From Candidatus Omnitrophota bacterium (lineage in GTDB: Bacteria; Omnitrophota; Gorgyraeia; Tantalellales; Tantalellaceae), in assembly GCA_049642065.1 (NCBI GenBank), contig JBAROK010000056.1, forward strand, positions 1,072-65,071: a DNA stretch of 64,000 nucleotides, given 5' to 3'. A model generated the notes under the pieces. That model ran no database searches. It saw only the letters and a program-made list of their open reading frames with translations, and was not told where the DNA came from. The stretch's first letter is position 1. Every line of letters begins with the position of its first letter. Positions 41,089 to 50,936 of this stretch are shown piece after piece. The translations under genes and the position numbers were made by a program.

Positions 41089-41757
41089 CTAAAAGACCAC
41101 CGTTGCCTGAACGCCAAGGACGTTATAATCTGTCCATTCCCTGCTTTTTTCGCTGCTTTGCCTCAGATAAAAAAGTTCTGCTTTCAGGTTTTCCAGCAGT
41201 TTCGCTTTTACCCCAACGTAAAATCTGTTACGGTTCAATACCCATGTACTTTTCCCACCATCTACGAATATTTCATCAGCTACGAAAGGTGAGATCTTGA
41301 ACTTATCCCACTTAAAAGGATACGATATTGTTGTCTTGTTCCTGTACCTGCCCGTGTCATCCTTGTCTTCCCTCATACGATACTCCCACCTGCTTCTATT
41401 CTTGAGCTCAAAGCCATATAAATTGAACTTCACCGTGGCATTGACATGTGGCCGATTCTCGTATTTCCATTCTCCTTTTATTTTCTCGAAGATCTGCCTG
41501 TAAGCTACACCCAGGTACAGGTTATCATTGACTTTATATGTTAGAGATCCATCCGTATGGTTGTAATAATGCTGGGAGGCGTTATCTCCAAACCTGAATT
41601 CCTGTTCTACTTTTGCTTTCCAATGTTTACTAAGGGCGCTTTCCAGAGTGCCTGTAGTCCATAACTGAAAATCTTCATCTTCGAACGCATAAGCGAGATC
41701 TGCCAATAATATAAAAGAACAAAGGATTAAACACGCTGCGATCAGTTTTTTCGCCAT
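41089..41757 (-). CDS. DUF2490-like outer-membrane beta-barrel protein.
   Basis: It has a signal peptide, alternating amphipathic beta-strand pattern and a C-terminal aromatic residue (F). This is an established feature of outer-membrane beta-barrel proteins. Confidence 0.45.
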   Translation of the reverse strand: MAKKLIAACLILCSFILLADLAYAFEDEDFQLWTTGTLESALSKHWKAKVEQEFRFGDNASQHYYNHTDGSLTYKVNDNLYLGVAYRQIFEKIKGEWKYENRPHVNATVKFNLYGFELKNRSRWEYRMREDKDDTGRYRNKTTISYPFKWDKFKISPFVADEIFVDGGKSTWVLNRNRFYVGVKAKLLENLKAELFYLRQSSEKSREWTDYNVLGVQATVVF

Positions 41758-41762
41758 TTTTT

Positions 41763-42413
41763 TTATTTTCTTTTTATCACTATGGAATAATTTTTTTCTA
41801 CGATCATATCGGCCATCTTTTTGTGCTGGAATATTATCTTATGTTCGATAGCTAATATCTTTCCAGTGAACCGGTCTATTTCTTCTCTTTGCCTCAAAAG
41901 ACGGGCCACAAGCGTGTTTTTATGCGTTTTTGCAAGGAATACCTTTTTGTCCACGCCATCAAGAAGCGAAACATACGTTCCTTCTATTACCATTACTTTT
42001 ACATTCTCGCAGGGCACGCTTTCGGCTTCTATCAGATCCTCCTCGTAAACCACCAGGGGTTTGCGTATCTGTACAGTTAAAGGATCCTTGAATTTCTTAA
42101 CGTGATCTTGCAAAAGTGCCAGGTTTACTTCAGAAAGACCCACTTTTGATATATTTTCGCGGCGTAGTTTCTGGTTGGTCTTGGGAGGATGGATGAAATA
42201 GTCGTCCTGCTGCATGAAGATAGTCTTGATGCCACGGGCATTAAGATTGCTTGCTATCTCTTTTGCTATACCAGTTTTACCTGAGCCAGATTCCCCGGCT
42301 ACTGTTACCACATATTTATCTGTTGTTCTTTTAATATCTTCTTCGAGTATGTCGGCCAGCCCTTTGGCTACGGTCTCGTGATCTTTTTTTACTATTATTT
42401 TATCGCCTAGCAT
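41763..42413 (-). CDS. Uridine kinase / PRK-family P-loop nucleoside kinase.
   Basis: Walker A is GESGSGKT and FMQQDDYF resembles the Udk QDxYY motif. Confidence 0.5.
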   Translation of the reverse strand: MLGDKIIVKKDHETVAKGLADILEEDIKRTTDKYVVTVAGESGSGKTGIAKEIASNLNARGIKTIFMQQDDYFIHPPKTNQKLRRENISKVGLSEVNLALLQDHVKKFKDPLTVQIRKPLVVYEEDLIEAESVPCENVKVMVIEGTYVSLLDGVDKKVFLAKTHKNTLVARLLRQREEIDRFTGKILAIEHKIIFQHKKMADMIVEKNYSIVIKRK

Positions 42414-42427
42414 TTAATACGCCTGTT

Positions 42428-42790
42428 TCATATCATAGATCCGATCTTCTCCATAAGCTCTTCTATGGTGACCGGTTTCTGGAGAAAATCCACTTTTGTA
42501 AGTTTTTTCATGTAATCTAGCCCTTCCTGACCGAGAACGCTTACAACGAGCACTGGTATGTCCTTTCTCTTAGAATCCTGCCTTATGCAAGCAAAGAAAG
42601 ATTCCCCATCCATCGGCTCCATGATAATATCAAGAAGAACCAGGTCGAAATCCTTTTCAGCCAACCTCTTGAAAGCTTTCCTGGCATCGCCCTCGATCTC
42701 GACCCCATATTCATCTTGCTTATTCTTGAACATGTTCTTATAAAGTTTTTGCATCTCAACATTATCTTCGACTATCAGGATATTTTTCAT
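42428..42790 (-). CDS. Stand-alone response regulator receiver domain.
   Basis: ILIVEDN...LVLLDIIMEPMDG is a receiver fold; 120 aa. Confidence 0.8.
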   Translation of the reverse strand: MKNILIVEDNVEMQKLYKNMFKNKQDEYGVEIEGDARKAFKRLAEKDFDLVLLDIIMEPMDGESFFACIRQDSKRKDIPVLVVSVLGQEGLDYMKKLTKVDFLQKPVTIEELMEKIGSMI

Positions 42791-42819
42791 ATTGCACTCT
42801 CCCCTTGCTATGTAATAAA

Positions 42820-44727
42820 TTATCCTTTAGGCAACCTGACCACTACAGTGGTTCCCTTCTTTACACCTTCGGATCTCACTTCTATTTCTCCATTATACAT
42901 CTCAACGATATCCTTGCAAATGGAAAGACCGAGCCCCGAACCTTCCACTGCTGGATGACGCTTATAGAACTTTTCGAATGCCATCTCAATCTGTTGCTTA
43001 GTCATGCCACAACCCGTATCCTTGACTTTTAATTCTACTTTATTCTTGTTTTTTCTGCTCGATATGGAGATGCTCCCTTTTTTCGTGAATTTTGCTGCGT
43101 TATCCATGAGACAGTTAAGGAGTATTTTTGCGTCCCTTTCATGAATCGCCACTCTGTTCGCTTCAGAAGATATATTTATTCTTGTTTTTATGTTTTCTTT
43201 TGTTAAGACACTTCTGGTGTCTTTTATTATAGCCGCTACTATTCTTTTAAGTGAACATTTTCCTTTTTTTCTTTTCGATTCGTCCTTCCGCATATCTATA
43301 GTCGTGGACATTAATATATTATCTATGTCTTTGCGTAAAATGTTGAGATTATTTGCTATTATATCATATGCCTCAAGCGCTTCTTGTATATCCCCACGCT
43401 TTATCCCGTCTTTATACACGTAAAGAGCCATCTGCGATATGGCAATAGGGGTTTTTAGGCCATGGCTCACATCCCGCATAAGGTGCTTTTTGGTTCGTTC
43501 CGCTCTTGTCCGGTCCGTTACATCCCTCAAGAGTGCCGTAACACATTTCTTTCCGGCGATTTCCAGAAGAACCGAGCTGACATCAAAATAAAGAAGCGAT
43601 CCATTCTTTTTGACAAATGGTATATCTCTGGCAAGGTCTATTTCGCCGCTCGCTTGCCTATGAAAAAGATCCTTTATTCTATCCACATCCTCCTTTGGAT
43701 GGATCGACTTAAATCGTGAAATTTCTTTTATCTCTTTTTCCGAATAGCCTAATTTTTTACAAAGAGAAGAATTCACTTGAATATACTGTCCGTTTTTGAC
43801 ATCTGCTATAATAATACCATCAGGAGCCCCCTCGAACAGGGCTCTATATCTTTCCTCGCTTTCCGAGAGTTCCTTCAGCGCTTTCTTTCTTCCGGTAATA
43901 TCTTCCCCTGAACTAAGAGTACCTATAACATTTCCTGCCTCGTCTTTCAGGGGAGTATTGTGCCAAGCAATAATTTTCTCTTTTCCTTTTTTGGTCAAAA
44001 TCGTATTTTCATAATATTTTGCTATTCTCGTGTCCCCATTTATGACCTGCTTAAAAACAGACTTCACTTTTTTGGCGATCTTTTTTGGAAGAAAATTACT
44101 AAACCAATCTTTTCCTATGATATCTCCATATTTATAACCAAGAACTTGGCATCCTTTTTTATTAATAAGCGACACTCTGCCCTTTTCATCAATCACTATG
44201 AGTATAACGTCCGCTATATCTAGATACATTTTAGACTTATGTATTTCCCATAAAAGCTTTTCTCTCGCCGTTTTTAGCTCCGCGATGTCCAGAACAAAGG
44301 CTACGCCACCGCGTTTAGATGCCTCCTGTAAAGCTGCACCAATCAAGACAGGAACACGACTGCCATCCTTACAAATGTATTCTTTTTCGAAGGGGGCTAT
44401 CGTCCCATTAGCAGCAATTTCCCTTAAAGCCTTATCATTAAGAGACCTATATTCCCGTGGGGTTATATCCCTCAAGTTTACTTTACCTGCAAATATGTCG
44501 GTCTTAGAATATCCAACTATTTTAAGAAAGGCATCATTAGCTTCGATAATATCACCATTACCATCCCAGAATAAGATCCCTATCATACCGGATTCAAATA
44601 TACCCCTGAATCTGGCTTCACTTTTTCTTAGCGATTCTTCCGCCTTTTTTTGTTCAGTAATATCTTGGGCAAAAGCGCCCAAAGCGTAAGGCTCGCCTTG
44701 TTCGTCCTTAAGGAGAACAACAGTCAT
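42820..44727 (-). CDS. PAS-domain sensor histidine kinase. It is the C-terminal portion of a frameshifted hybrid kinase.
   Basis: Multiple PAS domains are followed by the HisKA H-box MRDVSHGLKTPI and an HATPase domain. The annotated N-terminus begins mid-PAS (TVVLLKDEQGEPYALGAFAQDITEQKK). Confidence 0.75.
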   Translation of the reverse strand: MTVVLLKDEQGEPYALGAFAQDITEQKKAEESLRKSEARFRGIFESGMIGILFWDGNGDIIEANDAFLKIVGYSKTDIFAGKVNLRDITPREYRSLNDKALREIAANGTIAPFEKEYICKDGSRVPVLIGAALQEASKRGGVAFVLDIAELKTAREKLLWEIHKSKMYLDIADVILIVIDEKGRVSLINKKGCQVLGYKYGDIIGKDWFSNFLPKKIAKKVKSVFKQVINGDTRIAKYYENTILTKKGKEKIIAWHNTPLKDEAGNVIGTLSSGEDITGRKKALKELSESEERYRALFEGAPDGIIIADVKNGQYIQVNSSLCKKLGYSEKEIKEISRFKSIHPKEDVDRIKDLFHRQASGEIDLARDIPFVKKNGSLLYFDVSSVLLEIAGKKCVTALLRDVTDRTRAERTKKHLMRDVSHGLKTPIAISQMALYVYKDGIKRGDIQEALEAYDIIANNLNILRKDIDNILMSTTIDMRKDESKRKKGKCSLKRIVAAIIKDTRSVLTKENIKTRINISSEANRVAIHERDAKILLNCLMDNAAKFTKKGSISISSRKNKNKVELKVKDTGCGMTKQQIEMAFEKFYKRHPAVEGSGLGLSICKDIVEMYNGEIEVRSEGVKKGTTVVVRLPKG

Positions 44728-45770
44728 CGTTGTCGGGAATGTTGTTCCGTCCTTTCGTTTGTGCGATACTTCACCGGTTTTTTTTCCTCCCTCTCAACCT
44801 CCTCGTTGAATGGGAACACCTGAGTATTCAACTGCTTCTCGGTATGAAATATACTTAAATTCTTGCCCAGTAGGTCACCGGGGCTCTCATATCCGTGCAT
44901 AGCGGTCCAAGCGTGGTTGACAAATTGCAAGTTCCCCTCAAGATCCGCAACGGCAACCCCTTCAACTCTCTGTTCCGCTATTGTTGCTAGTTGCCGCGTT
45001 TTTTCTTCTGCTTTTTTTCGTTCGGTTATATCACGTACTATATGAACAAAGCTGGTGATTTCATTATCTGAACCAAAAACCGGATCTGCTGTCACAGAAA
45101 CCCATTTATCGTCCAACTGCAGTTCTTCAATTTCTCTTTTCCTGCTTTTAAGAGACCTTGCTACAGGGCAGTTCTTAATCGACTCAGTTGTTCCATGAAT
45201 CAAATTACAACAGTTCTCACTGATAAGATCTTCCTGAGACCTACCGAACATCTTTGCCATAACATAGTTGCATCTTTTAATTGTTCGATTTTTATCAATA
45301 AGACAAACAGCATCGTTTATGGAATTGAACGTAGTATTCCATTCGTTCGCAGAATCCATAAAAGCTTTTTCCATGGCAGTTCTTTCTCTGCGAAGTCTTG
45401 CGTCATCCATCGCATGTTGAACCGCTATTCCAAGGAACATCAAACTGTCTTTAATAATATAATCATCAGCGCCTGCTTTTACGCACTCGACCGCTGCGCT
45501 CTCACCAACGGTCCCCGACACAAGAATAAACGGAATCTGCTTATCCCTGCCCCCTGCTACTTTCAAGGCCCCCATCCCGCTAAAAGTAGGCAGCTTATAA
45601 TCTGCAAGGATAACATCCCATTTCTTTTCGTCAAGTGCCGCCCTCATCTCTTCCTCGGTCGCGACCCTCTTAAAAGCTATCTCGTATCCGTCTTTTTCAA
45701 GAGCCCTTACGATCAGCAGCGCATCGTCTTCAGAATCCTCAACTATCAGTATATGCAGCATTTTAGCCAT
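44724..45770 (-). CDS. Receiver plus PAS N-terminal portion of the same hybrid histidine kinase (frameshift-split).
   Basis: The receiver is ILIVEDSEDDALL...ILADYKLPTFSG. The PAS domain is interrupted: the ORF tail EREEKKPVKYRTNERTEQHSRQR is frameshift junk. With one extra A in the A8 run the frame reads ...EEKKTGEVSHKRKDGTTFPTTMTVVLLKDE..., a seamless PAS continuation. Confidence 0.7.
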   Translation of the reverse strand: MAKMLHILIVEDSEDDALLIVRALEKDGYEIAFKRVATEEEMRAALDEKKWDVILADYKLPTFSGMGALKVAGGRDKQIPFILVSGTVGESAAVECVKAGADDYIIKDSLMFLGIAVQHAMDDARLRRERTAMEKAFMDSANEWNTTFNSINDAVCLIDKNRTIKRCNYVMAKMFGRSQEDLISENCCNLIHGTTESIKNCPVARSLKSRKREIEELQLDDKWVSVTADPVFGSDNEITSFVHIVRDITERKKAEEKTRQLATIAEQRVEGVAVADLEGNLQFVNHAWTAMHGYESPGDLLGKNLSIFHTEKQLNTQVFPFNEEVEREEKKPVKYRTNERTEQHSRQR

Positions 45771-45982
45771 GATAAATATATCTCCCCCATTAAAAAAGGA
45801 CGGCCCTCCCTTTAAAAGAAAAAGTCGTCCCCTGATTTTACCTGGGATAATTTAAACCCCATCATCACTCCCTAAGGTGATCGTACGGATAGTTTATACC
45901 CAACCGGCTATTATTTTAACTCCATGGGGAATGGTCTGCAAGCATTACTTTAAATATACTATATTATTTCGCCCCTTAGGGT

Positions 45983-46612
45983 TTATAACAAGCTGCTTAG
46001 GACGTGTTCAAGTACCACATCAGCTTGTTTCGCAGCGGCAACGTTCACCCTTGGTGAGATCGGAGGGTCGGTTTCAATGTCGGATTTCATATCCCCAACT
46101 ATTACAAGATTATCTTTCACTCTATTAACTTTTATCTCATCGCTAGAACCATATCCGGCAAGACCGGAAGCAGAAACAATGAACTTGCCAAGCGGCAATA
46201 GCTCTTCCACTATCATGCTTTTGTAGTCCGCTCTATCAAAAGCTTCTACCACGATATCACAATCTGAAAAAAGTTCCCTGACATTACTTCTTTCTATTTT
46301 ACGGACCCTGGCCTCAAGATTAACATCAGGATTAATTCTGCGCAGGTTCTCTTCAAGAGCCTTTACCTTATCCATGCCTACCTGATCGAGAAAATAGAAC
46401 TGTCTGTTAAGGTTTGAATGGTCTATCTTGTCGAAATCGACTATTTTGAGATTCTTAAACCCCGACCTTACAAGATTACAGGCACAATTCGACCCGAGAC
46501 CGCCGGCACCCGCTATACCCACTTTAACAGAACTTACCTTCCGGAAACCCGTTTCGCCTAACTGCTGATGAATATTTTCTTCAAATCTGTTATTTTTCAT
46601 ATCGGCATCCAA
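45983..46612 (-). CDS. thiF: ThiF/MoeB-family adenylyltransferase (ThiS activating).
   Basis: GAGGLGSNCACNLVRSG is the E1-like Rossmann motif. It lies in the thi operon. Confidence 0.75.
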   Translation of the reverse strand: MDADMKNNRFEENIHQQLGETGFRKVSSVKVGIAGAGGLGSNCACNLVRSGFKNLKIVDFDKIDHSNLNRQFYFLDQVGMDKVKALEENLRRINPDVNLEARVRKIERSNVRELFSDCDIVVEAFDRADYKSMIVEELLPLGKFIVSASGLAGYGSSDEIKVNRVKDNLVIVGDMKSDIETDPPISPRVNVAAAKQADVVLEHVLSSLL

Positions 46613-47709
46613 TCCTTTAAGACAGGCTGATATCCTTTTGACTTTAACATCTCTTTTATTTCATCAACCCCTCTTTCGTCACATATCTGGAACTGTATGT
46701 CATTTATACCTTGCTCCTGTAATAGCGTGTGGCCTCCCACTGCCGTGGTAGAACCTGCCGATATTCTGGTTACCCCTAAAGGCAGAAGATTCTCTCTAAA
46801 TACCGGAGCCTCACGGGTAGATACTGTTATACCCTGCCTTGGAAGAAAAAGCCTAAGAGCCATGATCACCTGCGCTATATTCGTATCGGATATTTCAAAA
46901 TCAGATATAAATTTTCCGGCATGCGGCCTAAGTCTCGGGAGTGATACACCTATCTCGGCAGCTGGAAACTTATCTAGTAAATACCTCGCATGCATACCGG
47001 CAAGAAACGCTTCTTTCCTCCATGATGCCAATCCGAATAAAGCTCCTATATTGACAGCACGCATGCCTTCTCTAGCGGCCCTTTCTGGCGCGTCCAGCCT
47101 GAAACAATAATCTTTTTTAGGACCTGAGAGATGCATCCGGCCATACACTTCTTCATCATAAGTTTCCTGGTAAATAGTCAGTCCGTCTACACCTTCATCA
47201 ATAAGCTCTTTATATTCTTCGCCGGTAAGCGCATAAATTTCGACTGATATTGAACTGAAATATTTCTTTAGTGCTTGCACACAATCCTTTACGTATGATA
47301 CGGAACTTTCTTTCCTTGAACCACCGGTTAAAAGAAGGATATGTTTCAGGCCTGTAGAAGCTATGCTTTCAGCTTCTCTTTCGACTTGGCTGATAGTAAG
47401 TTTTTTTCTTGGTATATCGTTTTTGGCATTGAACCCGCAATAGATGCAATAGTTATCACAATAGTTCGAAACGTAAATTGGAGTATAAAGCTGTACAGTT
47501 TTACCGAAATATTTTAGGGTCGTTTTATGCGCTTTCTGCGCGATATCTTCAAGCCTATCCCCGGCCCTTGGAGATAAAAGCGAAACAAATTGATCTGTCG
47601 ACAGACTCTCGCTGGAAAGTGCTTCGGTTACATCGTCATATGTAACACACTGGAAAGCAGTTTCTAGATCAATTTTTTTATATTTTTCTATTATTTCGTA
47701 AAAACTCAT
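46597..47709 (-). CDS. thiH: 2-iminoacetate synthase ThiH (radical SAM tyrosine lyase).
   Basis: The radical SAM motif is [10 protein letters not shown]. The start was reassigned to MSFYEII... in an ATGA overlap with the thiG stop. The 61-codon extension in the ORF track overlaps thiG. Confidence 0.8.
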   Translation of the reverse strand: MSFYEIIEKYKKIDLETAFQCVTYDDVTEALSSESLSTDQFVSLLSPRAGDRLEDIAQKAHKTTLKYFGKTVQLYTPIYVSNYCDNYCIYCGFNAKNDIPRKKLTISQVEREAESIASTGLKHILLLTGGSRKESSVSYVKDCVQALKKYFSSISVEIYALTGEEYKELIDEGVDGLTIYQETYDEEVYGRMHLSGPKKDYCFRLDAPERAAREGMRAVNIGALFGLASWRKEAFLAGMHARYLLDKFPAAEIGVSLPRLRPHAGKFISDFEISDTNIAQVIMALRLFLPRQGITVSTREAPVFRENLLPLGVTRISAGSTTAVGGHTLLQEQGINDIQFQICDERGVDEIKEMLKSKGYQPVLKDWMPI

Positions 47710-48491
47710 CTTAAGAACCCAGTTAATGGGGAAGATGCCTCGGCTTGTTTGCTGGGTGGAGCTTTCCCCGCAAGATAAGCACGCCTCCCAGCTTTTACCG
47801 CCATAGCAAAAGCCCCTGCCATACCTACAGGATCTTTTGCAACGGCTATAGCCGTGTTCACTAAAACCGCATCGCATCCCATTTCCATACATTCAGCAGC
47901 ATGAGAAGGACTTCCAAGACCCGCATCCACAACAACCGGAAGATCTATCTCTTTTACCATAATCTTTACAAGTTCCTTGGTTTTTAGACCCCGCCCGCTT
48001 CCTATGGGAGCGCCAAGCGGCATAACAGCTGCAGCCCCGGCTTCCCAAAGTCTTTTTGCCACGGAAAGATCCGGACTCATGTAAGGAAGCACTGTAAAGC
48101 CTTCTTTTACAAGGACCTCCGTTGCCTTCAGCGTCTCTATGTTATCAGGCAAAAGATATTTGTTGTCGGCAATAACCTCTATTTTTATCCAGTTACCGCA
48201 GCCGGTAGCTTTAGCAAGACGGGCTATCCTCACCGCTTCCTCCGCGTTCCTGGCCCCTGAGGTATTTGGCATGAGGATGCACTTCTCCGGGATATGATCT
48301 AGTATATTCTCATCACTGGAATCGGCATCCACCCTTCTTAGCGCAACCGTTACTATATCAGATCCTGCTGCGCATAAAACATCTCTTATGATACTTTTAT
48401 CCGGGAATTTTCCTGTCCCGATAAACAGTCTGCTCTGCAGCTCTTGAGAACCTATCTTTAAAATGTCTTCCATATCATCCGCCTCCAACAA
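47706..48491 (-). CDS. thiG: Thiazole synthase.
   Basis: ThiG family; 261 aa. Confidence 0.85.
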   Translation of the reverse strand: MLEADDMEDILKIGSQELQSRLFIGTGKFPDKSIIRDVLCAAGSDIVTVALRRVDADSSDENILDHIPEKCILMPNTSGARNAEEAVRIARLAKATGCGNWIKIEVIADNKYLLPDNIETLKATEVLVKEGFTVLPYMSPDLSVAKRLWEAGAAAVMPLGAPIGSGRGLKTKELVKIMVKEIDLPVVVDAGLGSPSHAAECMEMGCDAVLVNTAIAVAKDPVGMAGAFAMAVKAGRRAYLAGKAPPSKQAEASSPLTGFLR

Positions 48492-48675
48492 AACTTACTA
48501 TCTCAATATTATCATCTTCTTTTACGGTTATTTCGTGCCACTTTTCCCGGGGAGGGATATTGTAGTTATGTTCAACAACCACTTTCCCGGGATCCATGCC
48601 CTTGCCGGCAACAAGTTCATGAATGCTAGGTTCCCCCTCGATAATATGTTCATTTCCGTTTATTTTTATGATCAT
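48475..48675 (-). CDS. thiS: Sulfur carrier protein ThiS.
   Basis: 66 aa ending in GG. Confidence 0.8.
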   Translation of the reverse strand: MIIKINGNEHIIEGEPSIHELVAGKGMDPGKVVVEHNYNIPPREKWHEITVKEDDNIEIVSFVGGG

Positions 48676-48677
48676 CC

Positions 48678-49337
48678 TTAATGTCCCTTTTTATAACTAT
48701 CTATTTTCTGTTTAAATTTCATCACTTTATTCTTTATATTCTCAACAGCAGTTATGCCTCTTATAAGAGCAATATTCCTGGCACCCCTGACCATAACTTC
48801 ATCGATATTATCAAGGTTAATGCCTCCAATGAAAACCACTGGCTTTAGAGCCATGTCTATTACTGTACTTATATCCTTTAGACCTATAGCATAATCTTTT
48901 GTCTTCGTCGGGAAAATTGGGCCAAACGCGATGTAATCTACGTCCGAGTTATTTGCGGTTTCAAACTGTTCCACTGAGTGTGTTGAAGTGCCTATTATCT
49001 TACCCTTTCCGATAATATCGCGGACAACTTCCAGGGTATACTTTTGCATATCTTCCTGCCCTAAATGCACCCCGTCAGCTTCAACCTCATTCGCAAGAAA
49101 AGGGTCATCATTGACGATGAAAACTGTTTCAGTTTTCTCGCATAATTTTGATAACTTGCTCCCCAGTTCTATAAGCTCGTCCCTTGGCTTGGTCTTTTCC
49201 CTCATCTGGAGAATATCTATGCCTCCTGCTACTGCTTCAGTAGCGATCTCAAGAGAAGTCCTTCCTTCGGAATACTCTTCACTTGTAACTAAATACAAAC
49301 TATGATCTTTTATTATCGGTCCTAATGACATTACCAC
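48678..49337 (-). CDS. thiE: Thiamine-phosphate synthase.
   Basis: ThiE family, 219 aa. Confidence 0.85.
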   Translation of the reverse strand: MVMSLGPIIKDHSLYLVTSEEYSEGRTSLEIATEAVAGGIDILQMREKTKPRDELIELGSKLSKLCEKTETVFIVNDDPFLANEVEADGVHLGQEDMQKYTLEVVRDIIGKGKIIGTSTHSVEQFETANNSDVDYIAFGPIFPTKTKDYAIGLKDISTVIDMALKPVVFIGGINLDNIDEVMVRGARNIALIRGITAVENIKNKVMKFKQKIDSYKKGH

Positions 49338-49382
49338 CTCAAAACAAAAACCCCATGCCAGCGCATAGGGTTTAATCTTTTC

Positions 49383-49478
49383 CTGATTTAACTCCCTACG
49401 CTGGCATTATCCAGATCAGGTTATGTGGGTAATCCGCTTACCGCACGGAACTCTCAGAGCGCCCTACGCCCTCCCCTG
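49383..49478 (-). promoter_or_regulatory. TPP (THI-box) riboswitch controlling thiE, thiS, thiG, thiH, thiF.
   Basis: The minus strand reads GGGGAGGGCGUAGGGCGCUCUGAGAGUUCCGUGCGGUAAGCGGAUUACCCACAUAACCUGAUCUGGAUAAUGCCAGCGUAGGGAG. This contains the invariant CUGAGA and ACCUGAUCUGGAUAAUGCCAGCGUAGGGA elements. A TTGACA-17-TTAAAT promoter candidate sits just upstream, inside the ttcA 3' end. Confidence 0.9.
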
Positions 49479-49496
49479 TATACATTTATGATTTAA

Positions 49497-50282
49497 TCAT
49501 ATATCGCCGGAACTGTCAATGTGCCTTTTTGGGTTCTCCTCCCGCTCTTCCTTAAGATTAGTGTAGTCTTTCTTTATCCTGGCAATACTATTAAAAATAT
49601 TGGTCTTAATATTAATCTTGGGAGTCCTTCTTTCTGTTTCCCTTATGAGATCTTTAACGTATTTTCTCCTTGAATCTTTGCCAAAGGGACAGCTGCATAA
49701 CTGTTCCGGGAATTCGCTTTCCTTCGCAAACTGCTTTATAACCTTCTCCTCCACATAGCAAAGCGGCCTTATCACAGTAATCTTACCCTCAAATAGTTCC
49801 TGCCGGGGATTCATCGCAGAGATCTCTCCGTTATAAAAAAGGTTCATAAGCATCGTCTCAGCAATATCGTCCTTATGATGTCCCAGAGCGACCTTTTTGC
49901 AACCGGTTTCATCCGCAAGCTCGAAAAGAGCCTTTCTCCGGTTCCAGGAACACCAGAAACACGAAGTCTTGCCTTTATCGTCCAGCACCTTGATATCCTT
50001 GAACACATAACGTATATCCATATCGTCAAAGATACCTTTCAAGAGATCTTCATGCATACATGCGCTGCAACTAAAATCAGTTTTTATATGCGCAGCAAAT
50101 ATCTCAAAATCTACCGGGGCCCAAGATTGTATAGACTTGAGTAAAGTAAGAAGCGTAAGGCTATCTTTACCTCCCGAGACGGCGATAAGTATCTTGTCCC
50201 CGGGTTCAATAAGATTATAATCGTGTATAGCCTTGCCTATCTTGGAGTTTATTCGAGCTCCTGTTTTTGTAAGGTTTCTCAT
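49497..50282 (-). CDS. ttcA: tRNA 2-thiocytidine synthetase TtcA-like PP-loop ATPase.
   Basis: PP-loop is SGGKDS. Cys motifs CSAC and CSC fit an Fe-S cluster. Confidence 0.7.
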   Translation of the reverse strand: MRNLTKTGARINSKIGKAIHDYNLIEPGDKILIAVSGGKDSLTLLTLLKSIQSWAPVDFEIFAAHIKTDFSCSACMHEDLLKGIFDDMDIRYVFKDIKVLDDKGKTSCFWCSWNRRKALFELADETGCKKVALGHHKDDIAETMLMNLFYNGEISAMNPRQELFEGKITVIRPLCYVEEKVIKQFAKESEFPEQLCSCPFGKDSRRKYVKDLIRETERRTPKINIKTNIFNSIARIKKDYTNLKEEREENPKRHIDSSGDI

Positions 50283-50285
50283 TTT

Positions 50286-50702
50286 TCACGTGTTATTCTG
50301 TAAGAATTCTAAAACATTAGTTTTTATCTGATCCCTTATGGCTCTAAAGAACTGAAGAATTTCTTCGTCGGTTCCTTCGGCTTCTGCTGGATCTTTAAGA
50401 TCCCAATGAACTTTCTTGTATTCCCCGGGGAATACCGGACATGTTTGTTTAGCATCATCACATACCGTGACAACCCAATCAAACTCTTCACCGGTAAATT
50501 CAGCGGCAGATTGTGAAACTTGATCCGAAATATCTATACCGGCTTCTTCCATGACCTTTACCGACAACGGGTTTACTTCCGTAGGGTTCACACCCGCACT
50601 GTAAGCTTCATATCTATCTCCTCCCAGCTGGCGCAGAAAACCTTCTGCCATTTGACTGCGGCAGGAATTGCCCGTGCACAGGAAAAACACTTTCCTTTTC
50701 AT
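50286..50702 (-). CDS. arsC: Arsenate reductase (LMW-PTP / thioredoxin-coupled ArsC family).
   Basis: The P-loop CTGNSCRS is near the N-terminus and the downstream Cys/Asp region is VCDDAKQTCP. Confidence 0.75.
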   Translation of the reverse strand: MKRKVFFLCTGNSCRSQMAEGFLRQLGGDRYEAYSAGVNPTEVNPLSVKVMEEAGIDISDQVSQSAAEFTGEEFDWVVTVCDDAKQTCPVFPGEYKKVHWDLKDPAEAEGTDEEILQFFRAIRDQIKTNVLEFLQNNT

Positions 50703-50880
50703 GTTCTCCTCTATCTCCTCCCAGGGGTAAAATATATATGCTGATTATAACTTTTTACGCGTGGAAACGCAATAAAATTGGGGTTATCGGCCTGTTCGAA
50801 AGCGATTCGAAAGGGGATATATTATCCCTGAAAGGCTCAATCCGTATCTATCAAGCTTCTCTTAGGAAATAACATAAAAA

Positions 50881-50913
50881 AGGACGGTTCCGGCATTTAT
50901 CCAGAACCGTCCT
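50881..50913 (-). terminator. Rho-independent terminator.
   Basis: Hairpin aggacggttc / gaaccgtcct with A-run and T-run flanks. Confidence 0.55.
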
Positions 50914-50936
50914 TTCATTGATCGGTATATAACGTA

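Noticed and set aside
47710-47892. 61-codon N-terminal extension of thiH overlapping thiG.
   Set aside because: ThiH homology starts at MSFYEII and that ATG forms an ATGA overlap with the thiG stop. The extension is Cys/Gly/Arg-rich out-of-frame thiG sequence.
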